Shown here piece after piece: positions 54,495 to 64,000 of a stretch of DNA of 64,000 bases. Within the stretch, counting starts at the first letter, position 1. Each line of letters begins with the position of its first letter. Below the pieces are notes generated by a model. That model did not search any database. It was not told where the DNA came from and saw only the letters and a program-made list of their open reading frames with translations. The stretch is from a virus (lineage: Duplodnaviria > Caudoviricetes): the IMG/VR virus record IMGVR_UViG_3300021255_004427, positions 128,001 through 192,000 of that record; one strand, 5' to 3'. Both the position numbers and the translations under genes were made by a program.

Positions 54495-55700
54495 TTAGGA
54501 TGCCTTAAAATTATAAACGGGTTTAATAATCTCTAAAATATCCGCGGTATCCTTTACATCTTCCAGGATGTTATCGATACTTTTATAAGCCATAGGAGCT
54601 TCATCCAATGTGCCCTCATTTACAGATGTCGTATAGATGCCGTTATTCTCCATGGTCTTTTTATACTCGTCCATACTGAGTTTTTCGCGGGCGGCCTTAC
54701 GTGACATTATACGGCCAGCGCCATGCGGTGCAGAATAGTTCCACTCCTCAACACCTTTGCCTATGCCGATAATGCAGCCATCCCGCATATTCATCGGGAT
54801 AAGGACCTTTTCTCCCTTGCGGGCCGAAATTGCGCCTTTACGGAGTATCATCTCATCCACGTTGATATAGTTGTGGATTGTGGAGAACTGCTCCTCTACA
54901 GTATACCTGCAATGCTTCACAATGATTTCTGCCATCAGCTTGCGGCTCTCGTCAGCAAACTCCTGACAGATTACAATATCGTGCAAATAGTCATTCATAT
55001 ACTCGCCGTAAAGATAGGCTAGGTCGTCAGGAATATCGGACTTATGTTTCTGCCAGGTGAGTTCCTTTAGTGCACCCTGAATCTCCTGACGCCGCCCCTG
55101 CTCTTTATACGTGCGAATGAGTTCGTCGCGGGCCTTGATGTATTCTTCCTTCCCTTGATGCAGTTCAATGGCAAGATTCTGATAGTATTCTGCCACCTGT
55201 TTGCCTAAATTACGGCTGCCGGAATGAATAATAAGATAGTATTCCCCAGAGGAACTTTTGTCCAGCTCTACGAAATGATTGCCTCCTCCCAGTGTACCTA
55301 GACTTCTTTCCAGACGTTTAGTGTCCCGCAGATTACGGAAGCACTTGAGTCGGGTCAGGTCAAATCGCTTCTGCCTGCCGTCCCAGACATTAAATCCGGA
55401 CGGAATGTAATGACAGGCTTCGTCCAGTGTTGAGAAGTCAATGATTTTATCCTTGAGCTTGCTGGTAAGCATTCCACAGCCGATGTCTACTCCAACTAAA
55501 TTAGCACAAACCTTGTCCGTAATGGTCATGGTCGTTCCAATTGTGCAGCCAGCCCCGGCATGAACATCCGGCATGATGCGTATTTTGCTGCCGCGAGTAA
55601 GCTCGTAATCACACATGCGTTTTATCTGTTCTCTTGCCTCATCCTCAATAATGGATGCGTAAGAGACAGCTTCGCCAATTTTACCCTTAATAAGTTCCAA
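54495..55700 (-). CDS. rtcB: RtcB family RNA 3'-phosphate/5'-OH ligase
   Basis: MPDVHAG.GCTIG, VGVDIGCG, GTLGGGNHFVE, IHSGSR, HNY, RKGA, HGAGR and DEAP.AYK. Confidence 0.96.
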   Translation of the reverse strand: MELIKGKIGEAVSYASIIEDEAREQIKRMCDYELTRGSKIRIMPDVHAGAGCTIGTTMTITDKVCANLVGVDIGCGMLTSKLKDKIIDFSTLDEACHYIPSGFNVWDGRQKRFDLTRLKCFRNLRDTKRLERSLGTLGGGNHFVELDKSSSGEYYLIIHSGSRNLGKQVAEYYQNLAIELHQGKEEYIKARDELIRTYKEQGRRQEIQGALKELTWQKHKSDIPDDLAYLYGEYMNDYLHDIVICQEFADESRKLMAEIIVKHCRYTVEEQFSTIHNYINVDEMILRKGAISARKGEKVLIPMNMRDGCIIGIGKGVEEWNYSAPHGAGRIMSRKAAREKLSMDEYKKTMENNGIYTTSVNEGTLDEAPMAYKSIDNILEDVKDTADILEIIKPVYNFKAS

Positions 55701-55793
55701 GATAAATCCCTCCTGCTGAAAATATGGTTAAAGCCCTCTAGCATCCGCCCGCATTGCTGCAGGCGGATATACAAAGCTTTAACAGCCTTATGG

Positions 55794-58700
55794 TCAAGCG
55801 ATGAGAGATACGCAGTTGTCGACAGGAATCTGCACAAACTGGAGCTTGGGGCGTTCGCTAAACTGCAAACGCTTTTCTGCCAGCTTAAGAATCTTGTCCT
55901 TTGCTACTTCCGTCCCATCTTTAGGAGAATTCCCTGCTTCAGAATCCTTGGTAAGGCTGAAGTTATTGGTATCTACCTTGATATGCTCGTTATTCACGAT
56001 ACTCTTGGCGATCTTCATTGTGATATCTGTATCCTCGGTCATGGACTGCAGTGCAGATTCGGAGAAGTCGCCTTCGATAGACTTGGATGCCGTAAGCTTC
56101 TGACTGATGGCGCCCAGGATGTCCTCCTGAACCGAATTCTCATAGTACATGAAGTATACGGATACGGGATGTTCCTGATTGATACGATTTGAACGCTGGG
56201 AAGCCTGACGGATTTTAGTGAGTTCCGTGCCGGTTTCATAGAAGATAATCGTCGTGTAATCCAAAAGATTTACACCGACATCCACTTCAGCCGGGTTCAT
56301 AATAACCGCATCTACCTCACCTTCTTTGGCGAGATTGGTTAACCACTTCTGACGTTTTGCCGGAGCCATCTTCGGCATGACAATGGCGTTAACATCATTA
56401 TCACGAAGAAGTTCGGATAAACGAGAGGCAATATTAAGCGACTGGGAAAACTCAACATAGATGAGCATCTTCTCGCCTTCATCCTTATGCTTCTTGGCAA
56501 TGCGGATAAGTTCAGTCTCTTTATTGCGGATTGTCTTATCCGAGAGTTCTATGGACTCACCGTTATCAACACGGCGAGTATCAAGGCCGAACGGCTGGTC
56601 AAGGAACATATTCGCGGTAAGAACAGCGTGTTTTACTGCCCGGCGCGTCTGATTGCGCACACCGCCGTTTGCGGTAGTCACCAATTCGCTTACTCTTTCC
56701 AGGATAGAATTATAAGCCGTGGCCAGCTCGTCATCCATCTTGACGCCAACCGGTGTTTCCGTATACTCGCAAAGGTCTTCGCGGATATCTTCCTTCTTAA
56801 CAGCTACAAGATTATTGATGAGGAAGTCCGCAACAAGTACCTGGGAAATCCCCGGCAATTCTTTGCGCTCCTTTTTCTTTCTTATGCCGTTAAGAGACTG
56901 CCGCCCGCGACTATCCGTAAACAGTGTCCCTGTATGAATTTCCTTGCGTTCGACAACGCCATAATCGTTATTGAACTTCGTGATATCGTCATGAGTGTAT
57001 CCACGTTCGAGCATCTTCTTTGTCTGAGTACGGAAAAGCAAGTGGAACAAACCTTTGGCATAACCATTGGAAAGTGTACCGGTCAGACAAATCGTCTTCC
57101 AACAAGCGCCGATAACCGTACCAAATGCTTCGCCGCGCTTCGAGTCAGAAGCAAGCTGATGCACTTCATCGCAAATAAGATAATCAAAGCAATGGTTCAT
57201 GTGCTTGCGGATATAATGCGCAATAGAGTAACGGCGCGGATAAATACTGGAGGAGCCGTGCGCTTCATAATCCAGAATAGCCTTGAGCTGTTTATTAAGT
57301 GTACTGCTCCAGGTGCGTGGCGCGTGTTCATCGATGTTTGCCTGTGCCATCTCGAGCTCTTCTTTGTAAGAAGCGATATTCTTACGCTGAATCCAGCCGA
57401 GCCCTTGAACATTCACCCAATTCATTTCACTTACCCAGCCGTTTTTGGCAATAATGCTTTCCGGCTCTTCTTTAACGCGACGCGCCACAGTCCACAGATG
57501 AGCTCCGCAGCCACTTGCCACCAATCCTCTTTCATTGATAACTCTGACGCATTTAGCGTTGTTATTGTTTTTGGAAAAGAAGTCGCGATGACTGGAAAGA
57601 TCACTTGCTTCGGCATTACCGCCATTAAGCGTACGCTTTTCGGTTGTTATGATCGGGCGGCCACAATGCGGACATACATAACATTTACGATAGTTATCCC
57701 AAACAACACCAGGGCGCTCTTCGTAGCTGCTTTTAATCGTGTTTTCCGACATTACGATCCAGAGCGGGCGGAGACGCAATGGGCTCTTGATAAACTTTGT
57801 TGCCTCTAAAAATTCTTTGAGATCGGATACGACGCGGACGTCGGCCAGCGGGTTTAAACCATGAATAGTTTCGACCCATTCCGGAATAGTTTTTGACGGA
57901 ACCATCACTAGAGCAGAATAATTAGCCTTACGTGCATGGGAAGATACTACGCCAATGGCCATAGTGGTTTTTCCCGATCCGGTCTGCCCGGAGATAATAA
58001 CATTATCCTGAGTATCCAGACTGGTTACTGCAGACTGGATAACTTCCTTCTGCACGCGATACGGCACAAAGTCTTTGGAATAATACGTTGCTACTTCAAA
58101 GAAGTCATCGACCTTCTTGCTGAACTTCATTGTGTTGGGGTCAAACAACGGCTTAAATTCCTCCTGTGCACGGTTAGCCAGTGTCTGGCCAAAGGCTTCT
58201 TGATAAGAATCAATACCCGTTACCTTGAGAAGTTCCGGGCTGGAAGAGTTGCAGCCGTCTATGGAAATCAAACCGCTCTTCAAACCATCAGTAATCCATG
58301 AGCGAATATCATGTTCGCGAATCTGATATGCAATGATGGTGCGGAAACCATAATGATTGAATACATCTTCCTGCATATTAAAGCTGGAAGAATAAAACAT
58401 GCTATGGTTGCGAAGAGATTCCCTTGCGATATACTCAGACCATTCCTTAAGTACAGGGATGGTTGTATTATCTACGATAGCTTCATATATGGCATCAGAT
58501 ACGCTCTGGGGGATAATATCCGGCGTATAAACGCTTTCGATATTGAAATCGGATCTGGAGAATGTATTGTAGATTGCTGCTACACCGCTCATGCCCTCCA
58601 GAGCTTTCTTACGGGAAAATACGAGATGAACGAAACCATCACGGCCCTTGTAGGATTGAACGTCCATAACGTGTTTATCAAAACCAATGCGGGGACCGTT

Positions 58701-58955
58701 ACTTCTGATAACCAAATACCGGTAAGCATTAAAAGCATGAGATACGGTTTTCGCATCGGCACCTCGGAGCAAAACCGAGAAAAACATCAGGCTTTCAAAC
58801 TGACGGCAAACACTAATAGCGTCCGAATAGCCGTTAATGATAATAGGGTCTCCTCCTCTATCACTAGCTAAAGAAATACTGCAAGATGTTAACATATTCG
58901 ATATCCATCCTTTCCTTTTTGCCGCCAATTTGACCAAGCGGCTTTTAACTGGCAA
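55794..58955 (-). CDS. Superfamily 2 (SNF2-like) helicase/translocase with a Zn-ribbon insert
   Basis: GQTGSGKT, DEVH, LTGT, VGVNL and QASQRSNRINQ. CPHCG insert. Confidence 0.9.
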   Translation of the reverse strand: MPVKSRLVKLAAKRKGWISNMLTSCSISLASDRGGDPIIINGYSDAISVCRQFESLMFFSVLLRGADAKTVSHAFNAYRYLVIRSNGPRIGFDKHVMDVQSYKGRDGFVHLVFSRKKALEGMSGVAAIYNTFSRSDFNIESVYTPDIIPQSVSDAIYEAIVDNTTIPVLKEWSEYIARESLRNHSMFYSSSFNMQEDVFNHYGFRTIIAYQIREHDIRSWITDGLKSGLISIDGCNSSSPELLKVTGIDSYQEAFGQTLANRAQEEFKPLFDPNTMKFSKKVDDFFEVATYYSKDFVPYRVQKEVIQSAVTSLDTQDNVIISGQTGSGKTTMAIGVVSSHARKANYSALVMVPSKTIPEWVETIHGLNPLADVRVVSDLKEFLEATKFIKSPLRLRPLWIVMSENTIKSSYEERPGVVWDNYRKCYVCPHCGRPIITTEKRTLNGGNAEASDLSSHRDFFSKNNNNAKCVRVINERGLVASGCGAHLWTVARRVKEEPESIIAKNGWVSEMNWVNVQGLGWIQRKNIASYKEELEMAQANIDEHAPRTWSSTLNKQLKAILDYEAHGSSSIYPRRYSIAHYIRKHMNHCFDYLICDEVHQLASDSKRGEAFGTVIGACWKTICLTGTLSNGYAKGLFHLLFRTQTKKMLERGYTHDDITKFNNDYGVVERKEIHTGTLFTDSRGRQSLNGIRKKKERKELPGISQVLVADFLINNLVAVKKEDIREDLCEYTETPVGVKMDDELATAYNSILERVSELVTTANGGVRNQTRRAVKHAVLTANMFLDQPFGLDTRRVDNGESIELSDKTIRNKETELIRIAKKHKDEGEKMLIYVEFSQSLNIASRLSELLRDNDVNAIVMPKMAPAKRQKWLTNLAKEGEVDAVIMNPAEVDVGVNLLDYTTIIFYETGTELTKIRQASQRSNRINQEHPVSVYFMYYENSVQEDILGAISQKLTASKSIEGDFSESALQSMTEDTDITMKIAKSIVNNEHIKVDTNNFSLTKDSEAGNSPKDGTEVAKDKILKLAEKRLQFSERPKLQFVQIPVDNCVSLIA

Positions 58956-60444
58956 CGGCTATACTTTTATACACGCCGTCTCCAGAGAAAACATTTATTT
59001 CGATAAGATTATTCTCAATAGTTGTGGTCGTTTCCGTAGCGTTATCCGGGTCGGAATAATCGTTCTGCACGGTGCTCACATGCCCCTTATACACCCGCCC
59101 GCGGATAACATGCTTATGGCCATTTCCTTCGTCGATAATTCCGTCCAGTTTTCCGGAAGCAATCATCTGGCCAATCTGCCCCTTCTTCAATGGGAGCAAT
59201 GGTTTAATCTTTGTCTTTGGCGGAGTTTTATAGACTCCGTGAATATTGGATTCACTGAGCACGATTTCCAAAATGGCCTTATCCATCATGCTGCCCGTAA
59301 CGAGATGAAGCTCCCCTTTGTCATTCGACGGGATGGTTTTTATCGCTTCGGCGATCATATCGTCCGTAATCTCTTCTACGGGTTTGATGTTCATAAGGGC
59401 TTTGAAGTTTTCTTCCCGCTCTTCCTCTGTCATGTTCTGCGTATATCGCAGGGCCACCAAGGTATACTGTGCTTTAAAAACAGGGTCGGGTAACTTCAGG
59501 CTCCATAAGAATTTGTGCGTAGAACGCAAGGCCAGAATCTCTTTGGACCGCCACATAAAATCAGGGACCAACGCGAGAATAAGCCCGCCTTCTCGCATAT
59601 ATTTACCAATGCGGGACATATCCTTGTTGAAGTCACTGGGTTTTACTACTTCTGTCGTGCGGGATTCATCGTGATAGCATAACTTCTCAGTAAAACGGTG
59701 CACAGCAATATCCAGAGAATGGTTGGAAAAACGGAAGGATTCTGTCGGGCCGATAGCAACCTTAGTAAAACACTTGCGTACATCCAGGTCAATTCGATCC
59801 CCTTCATTGCTGTGATACGTAGCATACAGCCGTTGCGGTACTGCGCCTTCTTCTGAGGTTTCCATCCCTTTAATCTCTTTGGATAAGCCGACCATATACT
59901 CAATGTTCGACAATAGAATGTTATGTGTGCGCTGGCCAATAACTTTCTTTATAACAGACTTGATAATATCCTTACCGGCATCATGTCCAAAACGAGGCTC
60001 GTCTTCATGTTTGTAGTTCGGGCAGAGGTAAACCCGGCACTGCATAAAATCACGAGATTCTTCTTTGTCATTGCGAGAATTGCGGCGTATCTGGTAGGTG
60101 ATATCATCTTCTTTTTCCGCAACAGTATCCATGAACGATTTGAACATGTCCAGAACAAAATCGTCCATTTCCTTGAGTTTCTTTAAATCGCAAATACTCT
60201 TCGCGCCTTTAATTAGGCGATTCGCAAGCCCCTCAAGCGTTGCCACATCTTCGCTGACAGAATATAAACACTTGATTTCATCCATGGCTTTGGATATGTC
60301 GTGTTCCTGCAGCAATATGTCTTTATATTTGCGGGCGGCAAGTTCTTCGTTGTTCGGTGCTTTAAGTACTGCTTTTACATCACTGATAACAATCTGCATT
60401 TTATCTGCCAAAATATGCCCCGCCGTAGATTCGTGGTAAGCCAA
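58945..60444 (-). CDS. Methyltransferase-fold protein (DUF6094-like) with degenerate motifs
   Basis: YMREGGLILALVP and PLLPLKKGQIG..IASG.LDG..HVIRG.V.K C-terminus. No recognisable GxG or NPPY motif. Confidence 0.6.
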   Translation of the reverse strand: MAYHESTAGHILADKMQIVISDVKAVLKAPNNEELAARKYKDILLQEHDISKAMDEIKCLYSVSEDVATLEGLANRLIKGAKSICDLKKLKEMDDFVLDMFKSFMDTVAEKEDDITYQIRRNSRNDKEESRDFMQCRVYLCPNYKHEDEPRFGHDAGKDIIKSVIKKVIGQRTHNILLSNIEYMVGLSKEIKGMETSEEGAVPQRLYATYHSNEGDRIDLDVRKCFTKVAIGPTESFRFSNHSLDIAVHRFTEKLCYHDESRTTEVVKPSDFNKDMSRIGKYMREGGLILALVPDFMWRSKEILALRSTHKFLWSLKLPDPVFKAQYTLVALRYTQNMTEEEREENFKALMNIKPVEEITDDMIAEAIKTIPSNDKGELHLVTGSMMDKAILEIVLSESNIHGVYKTPPKTKIKPLLPLKKGQIGQMIASGKLDGIIDEGNGHKHVIRGRVYKGHVSTVQNDYSDPDNATETTTTIENNLIEINVFSGDGVYKSIAVAS

Positions 60445-60504
60445 CTATATCACTCCTTTTACTTTCGATAATAATGGGCAGAAGACACCCTCTGCCCAGT
60501 TTTC

Positions 60505-61344
60505 TTAGCTCGCTTTCTTGCGACGCTGTTCGTAGTTCTGTTTTATTTCCTGCTGTTTCTCAGGGGACAATGCGCGGTATCTGTCTCCCACAGGAAGGTC
60601 TAGTTCGCTTCTGGGGATATACACCTTATTTTCACGAGACAAACGGATAGTATCCAAATGCTTTGCTGTATGCGAGATACGTTCCATCTGCTCGCGAATA
60701 ACCCCGGCCAATGTTGCCAACGGCTTTAAGTCTTCCTGTGCGTTCTTAAATGCCTGCCGTTTTACTTCTAAATGATGGCCAAGTTGGTAAAGCTTAAAAC
60801 CTTCATAAGCATTGCGCTTGGGCATCCGAAGTTCATGCAGGAAATCCTGTAACTCCCTGTCTGCTTCAGACACCTTGGAAGAACAGTATGAATACTGCGC
60901 TTCTACATTTTCCATCATTTCAATGAAGTCTTTTAGAACTTTTCGATAGCCCAGTATAGGGGCCATTTTGGGGTTATTGACGATGTAATATTCCGGATTT
61001 TCCTGCTCAGCGGTAAAACGATACTGGGCAAGCCCGGATTTTTTAGCCTGAGCCTTTACCGAAAGCTTCGGCGACGGTTTTTCTTGCTGCGGCCCTGTTT
61101 TTTCTGCAGGCATCACAGTATTTGTCTGGATAACCTTAAATGTGGTTTCTGGTCTTGTTTCAGCCGCTTTCTGCATGCGTTCATCCAGAGATATGTTGCT
61201 GTCCGCTGCAACCTGCTCTCTATTTTTTGCTTCCATCTCTTTGATCTTGTCAAAGAGTTGGTCCGTGCTGGAACGGCACGCTTTTGATCCATTGTTTGCT
61301 AACAGCTTTTTTACATCTAACCTACGTTTCTTTCCGTATTTCAT
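60505..61344 (-). CDS. Hypothetical coiled-coil protein
   Basis: GGAGG RBS, 279 aa. Confidence 0.75.
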   Translation of the reverse strand: MKYGKKRRLDVKKLLANNGSKACRSSTDQLFDKIKEMEAKNREQVAADSNISLDERMQKAAETRPETTFKVIQTNTVMPAEKTGPQQEKPSPKLSVKAQAKKSGLAQYRFTAEQENPEYYIVNNPKMAPILGYRKVLKDFIEMMENVEAQYSYCSSKVSEADRELQDFLHELRMPKRNAYEGFKLYQLGHHLEVKRQAFKNAQEDLKPLATLAGVIREQMERISHTAKHLDTIRLSRENKVYIPRSELDLPVGDRYRALSPEKQQEIKQNYEQRRKKAS

Positions 61345-61406
61345 GGGGGCATTTACCCCTCCCTTCTTTGGATAGGTTGAATTTATTTGTGCTCTACCTG
61401 TCCTTT

Positions 61407-61448
61407 ATTTTATCACAAAACATGTAAGAAGTAAACACTACTTACATG
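61407..61448 (-). promoter_or_regulatory. SigA promoter with an inverted-repeat operator over the -35 box
   Basis: TTTACT(61435)-17-TAAAAT(61412) with TG extension. catgtaagaagt-aaac-actacttacatg (61421-61448). Confidence 0.75.
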
Positions 61449-61630
61449 ATTTTAACTACGCCGGGAATATTAAGTAGTTCGGCGATGCGCTCTTTTTCAT
61501 GCTCGTGGCGGCATTTTCCACATACATATCCATAGGTTACAAAATCTGTGCCCTGGATTTGGTTTTCTTCCGTTGCTTCAATTTCTTTCCCGCAGATCTT
61601 ACATTTGCAAATCATAGCTTTGTCTGTCAT
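61442..61630 (-). CDS. Small Zn-finger protein
   Basis: CKICG...CGKC. Confidence 0.65.
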   Translation of the reverse strand: MTDKAMICKCKICGKEIEATEENQIQGTDFVTYGYVCGKCRHEHEKERIAELLNIPGVVKIM

Positions 61631-61647
61631 AAAAATCATCCCTTCTT

Positions 61648-61935
61648 TTATAAACTTTCTCTTTTTAAGGCCACGCCGCGCCGGCCCAACTTGATACCGT
61701 ATTGAATGCAGTCTTCCGCAAACAACTTGAATGCGTCCTCGAATGCATCTACAATTATGTCTTTCTCTTCTTCGCTAAAATCCGGAAGCATACGAATTAT
61801 GTTGATGAGGCCGTCCTTGGACTGTACTGATAATGGCGACAACGCCTTATTGATATCAATATTTTCCACAGCTTCCTCCTGTGGCCGAAAGGCCACTATA
61901 CGTTTTCTAAATTCCTCAATGGGTAAAAGTTCCAC
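61648..61935 (-). CDS. Hypothetical protein
   Basis: Start moved to the GTG after GGAAGGA, downstream of a terminator-like hairpin (about 61959-61988). Confidence 0.6.
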   Translation of the reverse strand: MELLPIEEFRKRIVAFRPQEEAVENIDINKALSPLSVQSKDGLINIIRMLPDFSEEEKDIIVDAFEDAFKLFAEDCIQYGIKLGRRGVALKRESL

Positions 61936-61993
61936 CAATCCTTCCACCTGCCCTAAATAAAAAATAAGCCGCCCAGAAACGGGCGGCCGGTTA

Positions 61994-62683
61994 TTATGCT
62001 GCGGCAATCTCCGCGGCATGGTCTTTCAGATCATGGGCCAGGATTAGCTGAGCCCAGGACTCAAACTTATTAAAATTGCGTAACAGATCTTTTGGGGTCA
62101 TCCATATACCAGCAAGGGTATCTGTCTCCCGAATTGACACCTTACCGCACTCATCTGCATCGATAACCATGTTATATACCAGACCGAAGTGATCCGGCGT
62201 GGTGCTCTTAAGATCGCGCACTGTGCCGTGCTCAATTATCTTAATTGCGGTCTTCGGAATATTGTCCAGAACGAGTTCTTCATTCAGCTCACGATTAAGG
62301 CTGTTAAGCATCATGCTCTGAACACCGCTGCGGTTGTCATCGCAGGGATTGACATGACCGCCAAAGCCTAAAGACATTTTGCCTTCCAGTCTTTTATCAC
62401 CCTTAAGACGCTGGGAGACAAAATACTCGCCCTTCGTGTTGGATACGAGAACATACGGGATGGCCTGTACAACGCCAATGTTGCCTTCAGCATCAGCTCG
62501 CTCGATAAACTTACCGTAAGGCAAAACCGCGCAGAACACGGACTTGGGAGTCTGTTTTTTGTTCCACGCGGTGAAACCATCATCTATAATCCCCGTCTGG
62601 GGGAACGGCACGACGTATACACGCTCATTGCCGTATTTTTCCTTTAGCTCTTCGTACCTTTGCTGTGTAATGTCCTTACGCAT
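61994..62683 (-). CDS. Nudix-family phosphoesterase (COG4112-like)
   Basis: QAIPYVLV, SLGFGGHVN, RELNEEL, HFGLVY and FESWAQL. Confidence 0.85.
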   Translation of the reverse strand: MRKDITQQRYEELKEKYGNERVYVVPFPQTGIIDDGFTAWNKKQTPKSVFCAVLPYGKFIERADAEGNIGVVQAIPYVLVSNTKGEYFVSQRLKGDKRLEGKMSLGFGGHVNPCDDNRSGVQSMMLNSLNRELNEELVLDNIPKTAIKIIEHGTVRDLKSTTPDHFGLVYNMVIDADECGKVSIRETDTLAGIWMTPKDLLRNFNKFESWAQLILAHDLKDHAAEIAAA

Positions 62684-62946
62684 CAGTCGAACTTCAGCTG
62701 GGACTTGAAACCGAGCTTGTTCGTCTCAGCAATTTCGATAGCTTCGCCGGTCTGCGGGTTGCGGCCGGTACGTGCATTGGTGTGCTTCTTGAAGAACTTA
62801 CCATAGCCGATAAAACGCACTTCTTCGCCCGCTTCTACCTTTTCTGCAATAGTCTTCCAGAATGCATTCAGAACGGCCTTGGTATCCTTCGTGCATACAC
62901 CCGTGTTTTCAGCAATCTGGCTAGTGAGTTCATTAATTCCGATCAT
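62683..62946 (-). CDS. hup: HU family DNA-binding protein
   Basis: GEEVRFIGYGKF.....ARTGRNPQTGEAIEI.....FK. Confidence 0.93.
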   Translation of the reverse strand: MIGINELTSQIAENTGVCTKDTKAVLNAFWKTIAEKVEAGEEVRFIGYGKFFKKHTNARTGRNPQTGEAIEIAETNKLGFKSQLKFD

Positions 62947-62975
62947 TTTTACATTTTCCTCTCTTGATTGAAAAA

Positions 62976-63347
62976 TTACTTTAAGAAATAGCTGGTAGCA
63001 AAACGTACCTTGCTGGGCTTAATCTTAAGTTTAGCCCCCAAGCACTGCAGCAAGCAGTCCGAACAAACTGGGTCGTACCGATGCGGAAGCTCCATAGCTT
63101 TGCGGACAAAACCGCAATCGCTTTTTGCATTAAGCCGGTAGTATGATTTTGGCGGCTCAAAATACTTCCAGACACAATCCAGTTGTACCTTGCGTCCCGT
63201 TGCGACATGCACGAACGTAGCTCCATTAGCGCTATCCCGGCGAAATACATCCGATGGTTCATCCATCAGAGCCCGCCGGAGGTCGCCACAGTCCGCGCCA
63301 TCTATGTTGCGATTGCCGTATTCTGCGATAAGGTCAATGGTTTCCAT
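62976..63347 (-). CDS. Hypothetical Cys-containing protein
   Basis: 123 aa in the operon, CSDC motif. Confidence 0.65.
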   Translation of the reverse strand: METIDLIAEYGNRNIDGADCGDLRRALMDEPSDVFRRDSANGATFVHVATGRKVQLDCVWKYFEPPKSYYRLNAKSDCGFVRKAMELPHRYDPVCSDCLLQCLGAKLKIKPSKVRFATSYFLK

Positions 63348-63359
63348 ACAGACACCACC

Positions 63360-63773
63360 TTAATCATCGCAGTTATGGCAGATAAAAGTGTTTGAGGTTT
63401 CACCCGTGAACGGGTCAAGCATGGTTGTGAGATCACCACAATTGCCACAAACCTTCTGCCCGCATTCGCCGCAGGTATAGATATTTTCGCTTTCCTTGCC
63501 GCAGATTGAACATACACCTTTTTCACTTGCCGGCTTCTCATCATCCTCTGTATCTTTATTGACCAGACGAGAGAGCTCATTAAGTGAAAGTTCCGGGTGC
63601 TCATCCTTGACAACGGGCTTTGCCGTTTCGTTTTGCGTTTTGCTATTCTCTTTACTCAGGCACATGCGACAGTTAAATTCTAACTGCCCCAGCTGCGCCA
63701 GCGTTTGGAAATGCTGGACATATCTGCAAACCTGATTATGTAGACATACCCTGCAATCTTTCGCTTCTGACAT
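63360..63773 (-). CDS. Zn-finger protein
   Basis: CRVC.H..VC, CSICG, CGECG..VCGNC and CHNC. Confidence 0.75.
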   Translation of the reverse strand: MSEAKDCRVCLHNQVCRYVQHFQTLAQLGQLEFNCRMCLSKENSKTQNETAKPVVKDEHPELSLNELSRLVNKDTEDDEKPASEKGVCSICGKESENIYTCGECGQKVCGNCGDLTTMLDPFTGETSNTFICHNCDD

Positions 63774-63814
63774 AATATTAACACCTTCTTACATCTTTTG
63801 TCAAGAAAAATTAG

Positions 63815-64000
63815 TTAAGCTGTCCACAGACCGAATCTCTTACTGACAAATTGTTTGGCAATAAAAGCTTCGTCCGGGTCATCTATGGATTCCAAAATGC
63901 GGCGGATACCAGGCATAGCAGCTTGTTGCTTGGCCATGATGGCCGCATCCACACCATCTATGATATCCTTTAGTGCATAATGCGAATAAGACATTGTATG
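63815..64000 (-). CDS. 3' end of a gene truncated by the window edge
   Basis: Open frame ...SYSHYALKDIIDG...RFGLWTA*. Confidence 0.6.
   Translation of the reverse strand, partial: HTMSYSHYALKDIIDGVDAAIMAKQQAAMPGIRRILESIDDPDEAFIAKQFVSKRFGLWTA

Noticed and set aside
63774-63804. SigA promoter for the 63773 gene
   Set aside because: TTGACA and the operator motif are present, but the -10 box would abut the ATG and overlap the RBS, so it is not called as a promoter.
1-64000. Stop-codon reassignment as seen in some large gut phages
   Set aside because: Genes are full-length in code 11, and TAG and TGA both act as stops (for example 970, 48230 and 4094).

Overview
This 64 kb window is part of a large tailed phage or prophage genome in genetic code 11. 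The host is probably a Firmicute. Negativicutes (diderm, Selenomonas-like) is suggested by the amidase type and an outer-membrane-type lysis-adjacent protein, but this is inference only. Layout: (1) 0.3-16.7 kb, + strand replication and transcription module: primase-polymerase, DnaB-like helicase, antirepressor, GroES, Cas4-like and DUF1064 nucleases, a sigma factor, LemA-TPM, RecJ and DnaE. (2) 16.7-41 kb, late and virion region: holin-like genes, a metallophosphoesterase, a tail fibre and several paralogous fibre/adhesin families with shuffled domains. (3) 41.3-43.2 kb, lysis genes. (4) 43.2-48.2 kb: an ADP-ribosyltransferase/ADP-ribosylglycohydrolase pair, an Xre switch and a tyrosine recombinase at the point where gene orientation flips. 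(5) 48.3-64 kb, - strand: C39 tail-hub-like protein, RtcB, an SF2 helicase with a degenerate methyltransferase, Nudix-like protein and HU. No capsid, portal, tRNA, rRNA, CRISPR array or reverse transcriptase was recognised. Best candidates for undescribed systems: (a) a radical SAM/SPASM enzyme encoded directly behind a fibre-type protein with a (D/N)C-repeat tail, suggesting RiPP-like cross-linking of a virion protein; (b) a convergent arginine-type ADP-ribosylation writer/eraser pair next to the lysis genes; (c) two 36-bp sites (32/36 identical) in inverted orientation bracketing the 9.6 kb lysis-ART/ARH-repressor-recombinase block; (d) a recurring set of apparently inactivated enzymes, including an acidic paralog of the endolysin. 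All family calls are from motif recognition by eye, and no searches were run.
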